A stretch of 64,000 bases of DNA from Fistulifera solaris (lineage: Eukaryota), in assembly GCA_030295235.1 (NCBI GenBank), contig AP026127.1, forward strand, positions 1,426,001 to 1,490,000, read 5' to 3'. The notes under the pieces are model-generated. The model did not search any database. It had not been told where the DNA came from and saw only the letters and a list, made by a program, of their open reading frames with translations. This document shows positions 47,839 to 62,500 of this stretch, piece by piece. The stretch's first letter is position 1, and every line of letters starts with the position of its first letter. The translations under genes and the position numbers were made by a program.

Positions 47839-49068
47839 TCAAATGCGGGTGTTGGGTGGCGGGGTGACCGGATTTGCCGCTTTGTTCTCAGAATCGGACA
47901 CATGAATGAGTCTCGCTAGGAAATCAGCTCGTTGTAAGGCGACAGCCTCTTGCATGGCACGAGATTTTGCTTGTCGTTTCGCCATGCGCACTTCCTTGAT
48001 GTTGGTCATGTATTCGTCCATTTCTTTGACCGAAAGTTGCTTTCGTTTCGCTTCTTCCTCTTCAGCTCGCTTGCCTCGAATCGAGCGGACAAGTTCTTTC
48101 TTTCGGCGGGGCGTCTGCAATTGATCGACGTAGAACTTCATGACTTCGGGAGAAGCTGTAGGTCCTGTCTTTTCGGCCCTTTGCTCTTTGGAGCTTCGAC
48201 AAAGCTTGTCCTTCGAGCTTGCTTTCTTCTTCGTCGTCTTCCCCTCCGGACTGAATGAAGACTTTCGAAGTGCACGTTCGGGGCCGTGATCGCGAGACTT
48301 GGACTCCGTGGCCCCTGTTGCGTTGCCCATAGAACCGGTGGGGATCGTCGTAGAATCACAGCCTACTTCTTCTGCCTTCTTTTCCTTGTTAGTAGGATAC
48401 GTTAGACCGACTATAGACTTGGTTCGCGTCATAGTATCGGCCGGAGGACTCTTTCGAGATTCTGTCGGGGGCGCAGAGCTTTTTGGATCGCTCGGCGTTA
48501 CGAGCGAAACCTTCAACGCTTCAGCGGCAGGTCCTCCCACCGACAGCTTCTTTCGCATCATAGCAGAAAGATGATTTGGGCTTTTCGGATCTTCCGTATT
48601 CTTGCAAGAAGCGGAGCGTGTCAAGCTGGTAGAAAGATCTTTCGAAGATTCTCGCGGCGTCTTTGCGCATTCCTTCTTTTCGATTTTCGATGCTGCTTTC
48701 GCAGGAGACGACCGTCCTCCTCCTACTTGTTCGCAATAGCTCGTAAAGTCTTTACTGCTCTCTGTTTCTTCTTCTGAAGACATGCTTCGTCCGTCAGTTT
48801 CTGACATAGTGGAAGCACTTTCTTGAACTCCTACAACAACGGAGGAAGGCATTACTTCGGAACCCATGGAGCTTCCCGAGTCCTCTACATGGTGTGTGCT
48901 CGTGTGATGCTCCGAGACTTCAGGTTTCTGAGGCGATTGTGCTTCGCTGACAGTGTTAGTCGGTACGACTCTTTCGTTTGCTTGCTTCGATTTCCCTCCG
49001 GACTTCTTCGCTCCTGTTTTGGGGGAAAACAACCATTTGAGAGCCATTCTAGTAAGTTTGCTTCGCAC
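47839..49068 (-). CDS. Hypothetical Ser/Lys-rich disordered protein with C-terminal coiled coil
   Basis: 409-codon intact ORF. No domain recognised. Confidence 0.6.
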   Translation of the reverse strand: MRSKLTRMALKWLFSPKTGAKKSGGKSKQANERVVPTNTVSEAQSPQKPEVSEHHTSTHHVEDSGSSMGSEVMPSSVVVGVQESASTMSETDGRSMSSEEETESSKDFTSYCEQVGGGRSSPAKAASKIEKKECAKTPRESSKDLSTSLTRSASCKNTEDPKSPNHLSAMMRKKLSVGGPAAEALKVSLVTPSDPKSSAPPTESRKSPPADTMTRTKSIVGLTYPTNKEKKAEEVGCDSTTIPTGSMGNATGATESKSRDHGPERALRKSSFSPEGKTTKKKASSKDKLCRSSKEQRAEKTGPTASPEVMKFYVDQLQTPRRKKELVRSIRGKRAEEEEAKRKQLSVKEMDEYMTNIKEVRMAKRQAKSRAMQEAVALQRADFLARLIHVSDSENKAANPVTPPPNTRI

Positions 49069-49823
49069 GGAGCGTGAGAACGAAGAATGTTGTTATCGAA
49101 ACTGATTCTATGCGAGCAACTTCGAGACAAGGAATCGCAGATCAACAAAGTTCTTGCTTAAAGAATCTTGCTGTTGGCGTAATGTTTCATGTCATTGATG
49201 ATACAAACAAGCGGCGTTCATTGTTTTCTGTGTCAAAGATGTCTTGCTTGACGCGCTTGACACGATAAACGAGGCAAAATTTCCCTCCATTGGGTGCAGT
49301 TTTGTGTTTTGTGTTCGAGTTAGTACTATGTTTCAGCAAGACGAAAAAGATGCTAGTGGATACGGTTCCTGGGGCATAAGTGTATTGTTTATTGTGAAAT
49401 GTTCTATTGTTCTATTTAGTAAAGTTATCACAAGGCAATAATAAGTCGAAGTCCATTTCCTTTAATTTTTTAAAAAATTATACGGAGTAAGAAAATAAAT
49501 TGACTGTTTCTTTCGTGTTCCTTGTCTAGCTGTACTTTGTACTAATTGTATCGAATTAGTCAGAAAGCACACGCTTATTATTTAGAGAAATATTGTCTAG
49601 TCTAATCATCTTCAACGGTCAACTGTTTGTTCACGAGTCGCGACTGGCTAAGCTAAGGGAGCAGGGAGCTAAGCGGATAGCGGACGATGTTAATGATTGA
49701 TGAATGAATACGAAGTATCAAGAGTCAAAGTCTACCAGGAATGCGTAGTCTGTATCTCGAACGTGTTTTTATAATAAGGCGATCGTATAGTTTGCATAGC
49801 TGATTGCAGATGGCGAGCGTTAA

Positions 49824-50486
49824 TCATGATGTTGATGAAGGAGTGTTGTGAAGCTTGCGCATGAGGCGCGCAATCCGTGGAATTCTCGTGGCTTTGAATG
49901 GTGATGCGGTTGGTGGGTGATCATTTCTGGGGCGCAAGCGTCGTACTGAAGCTGAGGCCATTACTTCGTATTCTTCCATCGCGTCCAATTTCATCTTTTC
50001 TACACTTCGAATCACATTGTCATGATCGACTTGTTCTGCAATACGAACTAAAGTCTCCATCGAATAACCTCTTTCTTGTAGTAAACTTTCGCGCTCTGAT
50101 CTTGCCAATCGCTTTGCTTTACCTCTGCTGGCTTCGGCCATGGCCTCGTATTCATCCAGGTTGTACGAATCTGAACGTATCAATTTCCAATCCAGAGAAA
50201 CAGGTGGACCGCTCGAACAACTTGGATTATCTCCTATGGTCAAATGGTGCTGGTGGACGCTAATGCGCCCAAATGTTAACTTTTTCCTGTGCGACGAGGG
50301 TGTCGACCGTTCGCTATCGATGCTTGACAAGGATCTCAAAGAAACAGTCGAGCATGACAAAGAAGGGACAGAAATAGAAGAGTCCGGGGAGTATAATTCG
50401 CTGCTTTCAAATTGATCGCCAGCAAAAGCGTTGACGTCGAAATCAACATTGCAGCATATTGACTCTTCATATTCGGCGGCGTTCAT
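49824..50486 (-). CDS. Diatom-type hypothetical protein with the 'GDNPSCSSGPPVSLDW' motif
   Basis: RKKLTFGRISVHQHHLTIGDNPSCSSGPPVSLDW...LDEYE...RESLLQERGYS, a motif I recall as frequent in diatom hypothetical proteins. Confidence 0.7.
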   Translation of the reverse strand: MNAAEYEESICCNVDFDVNAFAGDQFESSELYSPDSSISVPSLSCSTVSLRSLSSIDSERSTPSSHRKKLTFGRISVHQHHLTIGDNPSCSSGPPVSLDWKLIRSDSYNLDEYEAMAEASRGKAKRLARSERESLLQERGYSMETLVRIAEQVDHDNVIRSVEKMKLDAMEEYEVMASASVRRLRPRNDHPPTASPFKATRIPRIARLMRKLHNTPSSTS

Positions 50487-51509
50487 CGAGATAGTAAACG
50501 AAAGGGTAAAGGGAGGAGAATGGGCCCAGAATGGGGACGGAGTGTTAAGCACTTTTCTGTATCGTTCGTTTTTAATGCCTTGAATAAGACGATATTATTT
50601 GTGCTGAATTTGTGATGTCTTACGCGATTGTTTGACTTGCTGCTGACTGGATGCGTTGCACTGTGCAAGTTGCAAGTGCAAGGAAATGGACGATGAGCAG
50701 AAAAGTGGAGGGTGTGGAAGTGGAATGTGGTGGTGGTAATTATTTTGGTTGTTGTTGTTAGTGGAAGGGAAAAAGTGAAAGGGCAATAGTCAGACTTCAG
50801 TCGACGTCACAGAAACCAAAGGGAAGCGATAAGTTGATAGTGTAATGTAAGGATTCGGAACAAAGCGTAATACGTACTAAGAACAAGCTGTTATTGCATG
50901 TCTGAACGTCTGAAGTAAGCAAGTAGCAACTTACTAGAACCATAGTAAATGTCGTTCACATCTATTACATATTGCGTTATAGAGTATTTCAACCCATTAA
51001 GTAAAGCAAAACTTTAAAGCAATTGGAAATATGAGGTAGATCTTGGGGATAATTAGCAATATCTTGTGAAAGCTTGCGATCTACTGGCGCCTTGCAACAG
51101 GCAATAATAAACGATCACGAGTGAGTCACGTGTCTCGCATCTGTGCTATACTTTGTACTGTAATCAGTACAGTATTTCTGAAGAGCAGAGAGAATGCTTC
51201 TGTTCCGCAACCGCATATTTACTTAGTACTCCTACCTGGTATGGCAACCGTGTATGTACTCAGCCGTCCGCTGTCCGCTACCGGTACGGTGCCGCTACGT
51301 CGTAAGTATTTCGCCCATTATTCGTGAGTGAGAAGCGAGTCAGTCATGAAAAAGAAGGTCATAAAAACTGATGTCGTCGGTCATCGATCCCTCGAACCTC
51401 GAATACATTCGCACAACACTATTTTGCTTTATTGTGACTTTACTTACCCCAAAATGAAACGATTGTGAAATCACGTTGACGCTAAAAGGTTCATAAACAC
51501 ATTCATAAA

Positions 51510-52802
51510 ATGGCGAAATACTGTTGGAAGTCGTTGCTCTTTGTCGGGTTGATAGCTACTGCGAAAGGATGTAGCAATGGCGATTTCACTTCAAACAAAC
51601 AACTTTCGGGGTGTTCAAAAGACAAATACTATAATGGTGTCGAAGCTAAAAACCGAGATAAGCAGGAAACTCAAGTTGCATCTACGAATCGGCGAGTACT
51701 CCCTTTCACAAGCAGCAATGGAGGTGGGGGCGATGGGGATGGACAAGCGATCACCGATGGCGCAGAAAACGGGGTTACTTTGAATGAAAGAGAATTAGTC
51801 AGTAATACTGATTTAGGAGCGAAGCAGAGTGATGCAGACACGGGCTCAGCTACCGATGAAAGTGGTGAAGAAACCGATTTTATTGCCGCTGAAGATATGA
51901 ATGCTACAGCGTCGGACGCTGATGAAAGCATCAACGACTCAGATACGAATGTGAGCGAAAACACCAATGGAACGCTAACATATGGTGGCGAAGGGAACAG
52001 TACTGAAAACGACGGTCAGAAGCCGTTCGTCTTGGACAAATCGGTCTCGTGTCCTGGTCCAGGATCCATAATGATCGTTGGATTCAACTCTGACTATCCC
52101 GAGACGCTCGCGTTGGTCGCCCTGGAACGTATACCTCAGGGAACTACATTATACATTACAGACAATGGTTGGACCGGTACGAAATTTCGAGACACGGAAG
52201 GATATTTAAAGTTAGAAGTACCGAGCGAAGGTATTGCCGCCGGCACCGTCTTCGGGTACAGCCAAAATACGACCGACGGAGGGGAGTTTAGCGAAAACAA
52301 CTGGGAACTAGTGCGAGGGAACTTTGATCTCTCCTTATCGGGTGACACGATGTTTGTTGTTTGCGGCGACAATCGTGAAGACGTTAGTTTTCTGACAGGT
52401 CTTACGTTTGGTGGGCGATGGTTTAACGCGGGTGGTGACACAACCTACAGTGCGCTTCCAGAAATGCTCGAGCAATTCAACAACTCTTACGTGACGCTTT
52501 CTCATTACGACAGCTACCGCTACAAGGGTCCAACGTCGGAAACTGCGCTTAGACTTCGTGAAGCCATTGCGAATCCAGACAACTGGGAATCGGTCAACGA
52601 AGTGCGATTTGACAATCTATCATCCCTTTCATTTGAGGTGTTACCACCAGCTGCGGACGAAGGAGATGAATTAAGCTCACCGATATCCGATCCACAGATC
52701 GATTCTGTTGAGATATCTAGCAACGCGCAGAGTCAATGCTGGAAGTCTTTACTTGGGACACTTTTTCTTGGCTTGCATGTCGCGGTTTCAGCAGCGAACT
52801 AG
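51510..52802 (+). CDS. Secreted, possibly GPI- or TM-anchored surface protein with a beta-rich extracellular domain
   Basis: Signal peptide, acidic linker, domain IMIVGFNSD...LYITDNGWTG...FDLSLSGD...AIANPDNW, and a hydrophobic C-terminus. Confidence 0.72.
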   Translation: MAKYCWKSLLFVGLIATAKGCSNGDFTSNKQLSGCSKDKYYNGVEAKNRDKQETQVASTNRRVLPFTSSNGGGGDGDGQAITDGAENGVTLNERELVSNTDLGAKQSDADTGSATDESGEETDFIAAEDMNATASDADESINDSDTNVSENTNGTLTYGGEGNSTENDGQKPFVLDKSVSCPGPGSIMIVGFNSDYPETLALVALERIPQGTTLYITDNGWTGTKFRDTEGYLKLEVPSEGIAAGTVFGYSQNTTDGGEFSENNWELVRGNFDLSLSGDTMFVVCGDNREDVSFLTGLTFGGRWFNAGGDTTYSALPEMLEQFNNSYVTLSHYDSYRYKGPTSETALRLREAIANPDNWESVNEVRFDNLSSLSFEVLPPAADEGDELSSPISDPQIDSVEISSNAQSQCWKSLLGTLFLGLHVAVSAAN

Positions 52803-53800
52803 ACATTTACCAATACGATAGTTCTTTTGCATAACTTTTTCACGAATTATTTGAAACTAGCTTGTGCAAGACCCGCCTCTGCTCCTGCGTAATGTTTAGT
52901 CTTACTTGGTCTTTCACGAAGAGTCGCGTTTCTTAGTCGACCGATGTTGAAAAATCAGCAGCAAGTCAAAAACAGCATTACCTATAGATAGTAGATTATA
53001 ATTAGTGAGTCGCGCAAACTGAAAGGAAAAAGAGCCGGAAGCGGAGCTTAATAGACTAGTCTCATTATTGTCGGTTCATGAATCGAGTAGCGAGTAGCAA
53101 TTGTTATAGAAAGGGTTAACTATTAGTTGCGGAGTATACTCCTAGAGACTCGATCCTCGATCTTCGACCGAGGGGTTTTTCCAAACGTCCCTAATTGTTA
53201 GCAAGAAAAAGTGGCAAGGTCGACATAATAACATAATTCAATGTTCCGAACGTTGCCAATCCGTGAAACGATTTCCGCATCCTACTTCCTGGCACAAAAG
53301 CACGAAATATGTTGCAAGATGCAAGACGCAAGAGGAAAAGGAAAACAGGGCAGCATCCTAAATCCCTAGCATCTCATAATTATGCCTGTGCTGTGCGTAC
53401 GTGGTGCATTATTGCCCGTCTCCACTAGAATCTAAGTGTGAGTCATTTCTTTCTATGTACGAAACACGATCTACTTTTTCATTCTCTCATAATTCACGAT
53501 CCGGCATCCGTTGGTGGTGTCGCGGGTCACGGTCGCGGTCGACTATTGTCACCAAAGTCTAAAGTATGAGATTTAAAGTAATATATCAAGAATTATTTAT
53601 AGGATATGGGTACCGGTTTATGTCTCGCAAGCTCTCAAGTACATAACTGTATGAAACGGCACACGGAGAGGAAGAATGACCCTCTCCGTTTGGATTGCGA
53701 CGATAAACTTGCACCGCTCCGCGGACGGTTCCATTGCGTCATAATCAAAGTCACTCCTTCGACGAGAGAATCCTTTTCTTATCGTTTATTGCTGCTGTAG

Positions 53801-55051
<1,251 letters not shown>

Positions 55052-55305
55052 AAAACGGGCAGTTCTCCGGCGACTTCCGCTAATCACTTTGTGTTGAAGC
55101 TTCTCCGGTCATTCGTAGACTAACATTATGATGATAATAATGTAATAAAACCAAGCTTGTCGTTAAACTTGGTGTTCATACAAGAATTGATACGGCAAGA
55201 TAACGGAGTAACAAAATAGCCGGGTGTTTCGCATTATGCTATTAAAGGTTTGAATTGGGTTCTAGCGCGGAAACGTATGCATAGCTCGGTATTTTATTTC
55301 CGGCT

Positions 55306-57793
55306 TTATTGACGACTAACATCCTCGGCTGATAATTCGTCCGACTCGATAATGTGTACTTCATCGTTTTGAGGGATGCCATCATCATTGTCGTCGTTGC
55401 CTTCTTCATAATTAAATTCAATTTGCTCCTCTTCGGTGTGTGGACGGCGACTGCCTCGTCGGGTCTTTGTTCCCAAAGGACGGTTGTTATGTCTATTTGG
55501 ATCTGTACCTTCGAGTGAGTCGGCAGTTAAAGTGCGCGGTAGTGAACGCCGCATTATTCTTGCGCCCAGCTGTCGCTAGTATTTGTTCGCACCACTTTTC
55601 CCTGGGGTGAACCTGTTCCTTCTTCTGGGGTCGCGCTTCGTTCACTCGCATCTTCTCCATTATTCCGATTTCGGCGGCCGCCTCGACGGGTTCGGCTGGC
55701 ATGGATTTCTTTGTTGCGGACCTTTTTAGACCCGACTCCTGTGAGACTATCGGACGTTGAAGTCCTTGCTACACCTCTTTGCAACCCAAAAGCCCCGAGA
55801 ACTTTATCTACCGTGGTCGTGCTGCGCTGATGACTTTCCGTCAGCTCCACGCCTTCGGTAAATTCATCACTTGTCGTCGGGGTCGTTTTGACACAACCTT
55901 TACCGAATCTATTCTTTTCGAGTCCAATCGTGTCAGTGAATCCGTCGTCGAGGTGCGTTGTACGCCTCGCTTGCGTTCAAGGCCAAAAGTCCCCAAAAGA
56001 CTGTCGACGGTACTGGTTCGTGGAACTCTTTCGCAGCTACCTTCAACACTTTCCTCTTCGTTGCTTGCGTTACGACGACCTCCTCGGCGTGTTCTCGATT
56101 GAACCGTAGTAGGCGTCTTTGGGTCAGATGAAGCATTTTCGGATGTGTCTGCTGCGTATTCTGAATTGTCGAAGCCTTCACTGCAGTCGCCTTCTTCGCC
56201 ATCGACTTTCATTCTATTTCGTCGGCCGCCTCTTCGAGTCTTACTGGTCTGCCGTGGGAAAGCGGCCCTTTTGTATCGACACCATTCAATGAATCGGAGG
56301 TAGAAGTTCTCAAAACGCCTCTACTCAGCTGCTCAAGATCAGCATTATTCGCATTTTCGGATGTGTCGGCGGAAGCTGAGCCATCGGCATTGTCCGAGTG
56401 ATCACCATCATTTCTGTTGCGTCGGCCACCGCGTCGTGTTTTGGCAGCGTGTACTGCATTTGTATGCTTTCTAGGATCAACGCCAGTCAAACTATCCGAT
56501 GTGGATGTGCGGACCACCCCACGGGACGGTTCTTTTTGGGAAGAGCTGTGCGATGTGTCCAGCGAGTCCGACATGTCAACGCCTTCACTCGCTTCGCCTT
56601 CACCTGATGCACTATCTTTGTTTCTTTTTCCGCCACGTCGAGTACGACCGGCGTGGGCTGAACTATTATTTTCAGCCCCTCCCAAGCTATCGGAAGTAGA
56701 TGTACGCATCACGCCTCTGGTCGGCTCTCGACTGCCAGCACTATGTGTCGAATGATTGGTCGAATCATGTGCTTTTTCGTTACTACTATTTTTCAGCTCA
56801 CTTTTCTTTCCACCACGACGGGTTTTTGCTGCATGAAGGGGATTGTTGTGCTTTTTCGGGTCTACTCCTCCTAAGCTATCCGATGTAGATGTTCGCATCA
56901 CGCCACGCGTGGGCTCGCGGGTCGCACTTTCCAAATGATTGTCATTTTCTGAAGCGTCCGCATCCTCGGCTTTATCTTTGTTTCTCTTTCCGCCCCTTCT
57001 TGTTTTAGCTGCATGCAAAGGGTTTGTATGTGATTTTGGGTCAACGCCCGTCAAAGAGTCAGATGTACTAGTACGCTGGACCCCACGACGGGGATCCATT
57101 GGCGCTTGTCGGGACGCTCCTACCAAACTGTCACTAGTATTCGTACGATCCACGCCCCGTTTGCTCGGCGATGGATCCTGTTCGCCACGCTTTCCTCCCT
57201 CTGCGTGTCCGTGAGGCTGGGATTATTTTTTTGGAATCAATTCCCGGGGTTTCATCTCCTATCTCTTGCTCTTCACCTTTCTTGGCTTTCCCCCTTTGAA
57301 AGAATTTTCGAACGCCACCAAATAAGCTATCTGACGACGCAATGCGAATTAGTCCTCGACCTTTGGAAGGTGATTTCGTTGGAGCTATTTTCACTGATCC
57401 TAATTGAAATTCCGATGACTCCTCCTGATCCGTCGTAAAATCTTCGTCTTCTGCGAATTCACCTGAACTATCCTCAGGGTCACTTTCACCCGATTCTACA
57501 ATTGAATCACCTGATTTTGAAGATAGTGATGAGTCAGAGGATCTTCCTAGTAAATCGTCTTCTTCCGATCCGTCTTCTTTGTCATCGTCTTCTCCTTGAC
57601 TTGCAAGACTGGTCGAATCCATCAAATCATCGAGTAAAGGATCTCCTCCCATAGAAAGAAACGAGACCATTGAGTTTGTTGAAGTATGCGAATGTGAAGA
57701 AATATCAATTCCATCGTTGCTGCTATCACCGCTGGAATCGTCCCTTCCTTTGTTGTTTCGGTAATCCTTCGTTAAACGATTAATGCCTTCCAT
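55306..57793 (-). CDS. Disordered repeat protein with about 11-13 RGVxRTSTSDSL / TRRGGRRN modules; several frameshifts
   Basis: The same motifs recur across consecutive minus-strand ORFs 57134, 56209, 55841, 55554, 55493 and 55306. Confidence 0.7.
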
Positions 57794-58277
57794 CGGAATG
57801 TCTATCGTCGTATAACCTGCGAGAGCTATACGCAAAGAACACGGATAGCAAACAGCTAAACAATGAAACACGCCAGCACGTGTAGACTGGGAATAGCTGT
57901 TGTGCTCTTAGTTGATGTAGGAGTGACAACGAAAAGAATTTGATTACAGTAGGTAATTGTTATTCAACGCGTCGTCGGTTGGTTGTTTGTTGCTTGGGTG
58001 TTTTGGGTCATCTTCACTCTTCACGCGAAGTGTGAGTTTGAAGGGCTTCATCATCTTGTTTTCGCTTCTAACAATTGTCGGAATTTACTTAGAAAATGTA
58101 TCTCGGTCCGACCTAAGAATTCTTTTTCTATGTTTTCCTCATAGTCTTTGACTCACAATAAAGACTATAGTGCATTTCCGTGGCTGTGGTCCATACTTCG
58201 ATGCATGACGTCTGCGGACATTTCGATATTGCTTGTGACCATTTCTCATCGTGTCGTACCGTCACAACCAGTACTGG

Positions 58278-58563
58278 ACCACGACTGCATTTCAGTCATG
58301 AGTCAAATCGTTCCGATCCGAACTGCAACCAAAGATAGTTGGTTTTACTGTAATTCAAAAATGCAACTACATTTAAATACGCTGATTGAAGCTTCATTTG
58401 TGCTTTTTCCGTGGAATCTACGAAAGGAGCAAATATGCAATGCTTGCAATGTCCGCACGTAGAAGCCACGTAGGCCTCCGTGAGGAAATTTATCGACAGA
58501 GGGAAACCCGGATATAGCTTATCTTGTGGCCACCTCTTCCACATTTTCTGTAAACGTAAAATA
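58278..58563 (-). repeat. Degenerate remnant of the dispersed repeat system
   Basis: 58278-58306 is the near reverse complement of 19677-19705 (attgactcatgactgaagtgcagtc). 58539-58563 is a reverse-strand TATTTTACGTTTACAGAAAATGTGG unit. Confidence 0.6.
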
Positions 58564-58704
58564 CCTTATTCAAGCATGCGAGTATTGTGACGCTCGTTTC
58601 CATTATTTGACTTAAAAACGCGATGCATTCATTAAAATATTCGCATTCGTCCTTTTCATTGCATTTTTACTTTTGTCTTCAGTAATCTTTGTTTGTAAAA
58701 AGAA

Positions 58705-59281
58705 ATGTCGGTCGTGAGTTTAGCTATTGTGGGTAAAAACAATACGCCGATTTATCTTCGCGAGTTCGACAATGTCGATGCAATCGATGAAGCGGAATTG
58801 TTTGGGCTTTCGCTTTCGACAACATCAACTGTAAAGCAAGCATGTTCGGTGAGACAACAATTCATTCTTCACGCAGCTCTTGACAAATTCGAGCAGCTGG
58901 CGGGTCCTCCTCCGGCGTGTGCATGGCGAGCTCCCGGAGTTACCGGAACGGATGCTATGTTAGTCGGTTTCCTTTGCCCAGTAGATGATATGCGCGTATA
59001 CGGTAGGTTCTTTCTGAATTGATTAGGATCTTTACTCGCACCCTTAAACGTCATTCCTTTCTTTCATTGCAGGATACATGACAACGACACAAATTAAATT
59101 TCTTTTGACGGTTCGAGATGGATATCATGAAGATATTCAAAAACTATTTGCTAAGATTCACGCCATTTATGTCGGACACATTTTGAATCCGTTTAGTCCT
59201 CTCAACGCACCTATTTCTTCGAATCGATTTGATCAACAAATTCAACAAACGGTCAATTCTTACAATGAGTCCATGATGTAA
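58705..59281 (+). CDS. TRAPPC2L: Trafficking protein particle complex subunit 2-like (sedlin family); intron 59003-59072
   Basis: LAIVGKNNTPIY, FILHAALD, spliced VYG-YMTTTQIKF, and YVGHILNPF. Confidence 0.88.
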
Positions 59282-59581
59282 CACACGAAAAGAATACATG
59301 ATTCTGTGTCGGGCAACCGATGTTAGAGGAGTTGATCTGCACTGGTTCTTTTGTTTTAATTTTGAATCATCAGAAATCAGCTAATGTCGTTGACAAATGG
59401 AGAAAACGTTGATCGCACTGTTACATTCGGTTAAAGGATGCTCGCGAAAAAGCAACAAGAGAGAAGACAACTTTCTAGACACACAATGTCGGGCGAGTAG
59501 ACCGGGAAGAATACTAAGGCGTTACGATCTTCCACTTATATTTAAAATGCCGCTAATGTAAAATGCTAGATGTAAAAAAGG

Positions 59582-62500
59582 TTATAGAATGACACAAGCG
59601 CAACCTTGGTTGGCAGCCAATGGCTCGGGCTGCTGGGCTTTTGGTGGATTGCCCACTCGTGTGGTAGTGCTGGAAGCGCTGGTTGCTGCACTGGCTGCAA
59701 CGGGCGGTTTTGCCGTTGCATTTTTTGGAGCTGGTGACGGTTTGGACGCTGGTAAGTTTGGCGCTTTCTTTGCTTCCAGCTTTTTCCGAAGCTTGTCTCC
59801 AGCCGAACTCGCTACAGCCACTGGAGTTAGAGGTGCCTCATGAGCGCTTTCCTTGACAGTATCGATTGTTGTGTTTTTAATTGGATTTGCAGCCAGTTCT
59901 TCCTCGATATGTTGCTGTCTTTCTTTCCTATGTTTCATCTCGTCTTTATGTCGCTTCTCTGCTTCACGGTAAGCAAAGGTTTGGTACGGACTAGCGGTTC
60001 CACAATAAGGACAGTCACAGGCCTGACGAACTTTGGGCATACTGCCGGGTCGGTTCAAGCGTGCCCGTCGCTCCCACACTACTTCGGCAACGTGAGCACT
60101 TATATTCGCCATGGGGAGATGCTGGCGATGCTGGCGAGCGGCTTCTTCCTCCAGCTTTGCAGCTTTTTGCTTAGCTTTGTTGACGTCAATCGATGGAGGT
60201 AGAGGCTTCGGAAGTTTGACTTCCTCAATGTTGTTGTAGGCATACATGGGGCGAATGAGCATGCTTTCTCCGCTCTGGTTTTCTTCTCTCAACCCCATTA
60301 CCAGCTCGTCAACCTTTGCTGTTCCAGTACCGACTTTTTGTTGAGCTCCAGCAGTTGGTTCAAGCGGCTCACGTTCCTGTCCACCTCTTTGGCCTCCCAT
60401 TCTTCCTCTTCCTCCACGGATTTGTTAGACACCACGTACTCGCGCATCTTTGTCTCATTTCCACGAGCTGCTGCTTGATGAATGATTGCCATGTGCGTTG
60501 ATCGCCAATCAATCGCCAGAAGTCCTTTGCTTTTCCATTCTTGCTGCGGAGTCTTTTCTTGAGCTACAGCTTCTACAGTGTGTTCGTTGAGCCGGGTAAG
60601 ACGGCCCATATTAGCAGCTTCTATGGCAACGTTCGAGAAAACACTCTTGTACTCTGCTTTCTCTTTTATTTTCGTCATCCTCTTTTCGCCTCCGGCTTCC
60701 AATCTCTTCTCGCGATCCTTTGCTTTCTTCGAAACCATTTCTGCCAACGCAAAAGACGGCTGGGGTGTGTTTTGGCGTGAATCTTCTACTTCAGGTACCA
60801 CTTCTCGCATTTGCAATTCACCTCCAGTTGCCTCGAGGCGCTCCTGACGTTCAGTCGCGGCGCCTGAGATTGCAGCCAGTAAGTTCGGGCGCATTGGCAT
60901 AGCGCTGACTTTAGGCGATGATTCCGTTTCCGTAGATGGGCGAGCCGAAAGTATTCCATCAGTGGTGATTGCTGTTTCGTCCTCTGCTACGCGATTGTCT
61001 CTAGCCCTGGCTGCCCCAGCGATTCCGGACAAGAAAGCCGGACATGCTGATCTTACACTGTTCGAGATCGTCTCGAGCTCAGTCGTGTCTTCGGCAGTTT
61101 GTGTACGTTCTTCTCGAGCTGCTGCCGCCTCGGCGATTCCAGACGAGAACGCTGGACGAGCCGGTGCTACTTTATTCGACATCGGTTTTGAAACGTTTTC
61201 TATATTTGAGCGCTGCTCTACAGCTGCTGCAGCCCCAGCGATTCCAGCCAAGAAAGCTGGACGAGCCGGTGGTCCGTCATTCGACATTGGCCTCATCATT
61301 GACGTCCAGTCATCTTGATTCTCGTTGACTGCATCGGATAGTATGTCTTTGGGCACCTCTAGAGATGCTCCCGCCTCCACTATTTCAGCCAAAGGAGAAT
61401 TGACATGAGCTTTGTTGGATGTTGCATTGCCTATTTCCGCTTCCATTCTCGCGATTTCCTCTTCGAGCTTCTGCCGTTCGAGACTTTTCTTACTCACAAC
61501 TTTACGTTGTTTGCCCTTCTTCGAAGTTTTAGAAGACAGAGATGATTTCGAAGTTACCGATGCACCGCTTGACGCTGCAGCACGCCTCTTTCGAAGCTCA
61601 AGTTCCATTTCTCTGATTTCTGCTTGTAATCGTTCTTGTTCGAGCTTTTTCGTGGTTTCGGCCAGAGCGCGTGATGCTTCATCCTCGACATCCTCGAAAA
61701 ATGCACCAGGACGAGGCTGATTCAAATCAATATCCCCATTTTCATCGACTGAGTTTGGATGGTTGAAAAGCTCTTCATCGCGTTTCTGTCTAGCTTGTTC
61801 AACTGCGATTTCCGCTTCCCTAGCTTCATCCTCCAACCTTTGGCGCTCCAAAGCCTCATTCTTCTTTCTCAGTGTTTCTGCAGCAGCAGCTTCAACTCGT
61901 CGTATCTCTTCCTCAAGCTGCGCACGTTGCAATTCTGCTTTGGATTTCTTCTTCGTCGTGTAATTTGCTGTAGTATCGGGCTCTGCAGTTGCTCTATGGA
62001 CGTTTAATTTCAAATGTCCAGTAGCAGCTTCCCTCACCTTTTCTACTGCGGCGATCGTATGATACGACTCTGCTTCTTCACGATTCGGTGCATGCTGTGC
62101 TTGATGGTCTGCACCATTTTGTAAATAATTGTATTCATCTTCGTCGACCTGCCAAGTACCCTCCTCTTGACGACGTCGCTTTTCCAGTTCTTCTTCAATT
62201 GCCCGTTTCGTCCGCGCGGCCGACTCTTCTAGCGCTCGAATTTCGGCTTCCAGTTGTTGACAATCCAGTCCCTCGTCCTCACTTCGGTGTGTCGTCTCAC
62301 CGTCGTGTCCTCGCTGTTGTTGCAAATTGATAACGTCGCTTCGTTGAGCGTTTACACGATTCTCTGCTATCGGATCATTCTCTGAAAGATGACTGGAGGA
62401 GGAAGTGTCATGTGTCGCAGACGCTCTCAATTCGCTAGCAGCAACGACGGACTGGAGAAAGACCGAACGGCGCACAGGTGATTTATTCTTCCAGTTGGGA

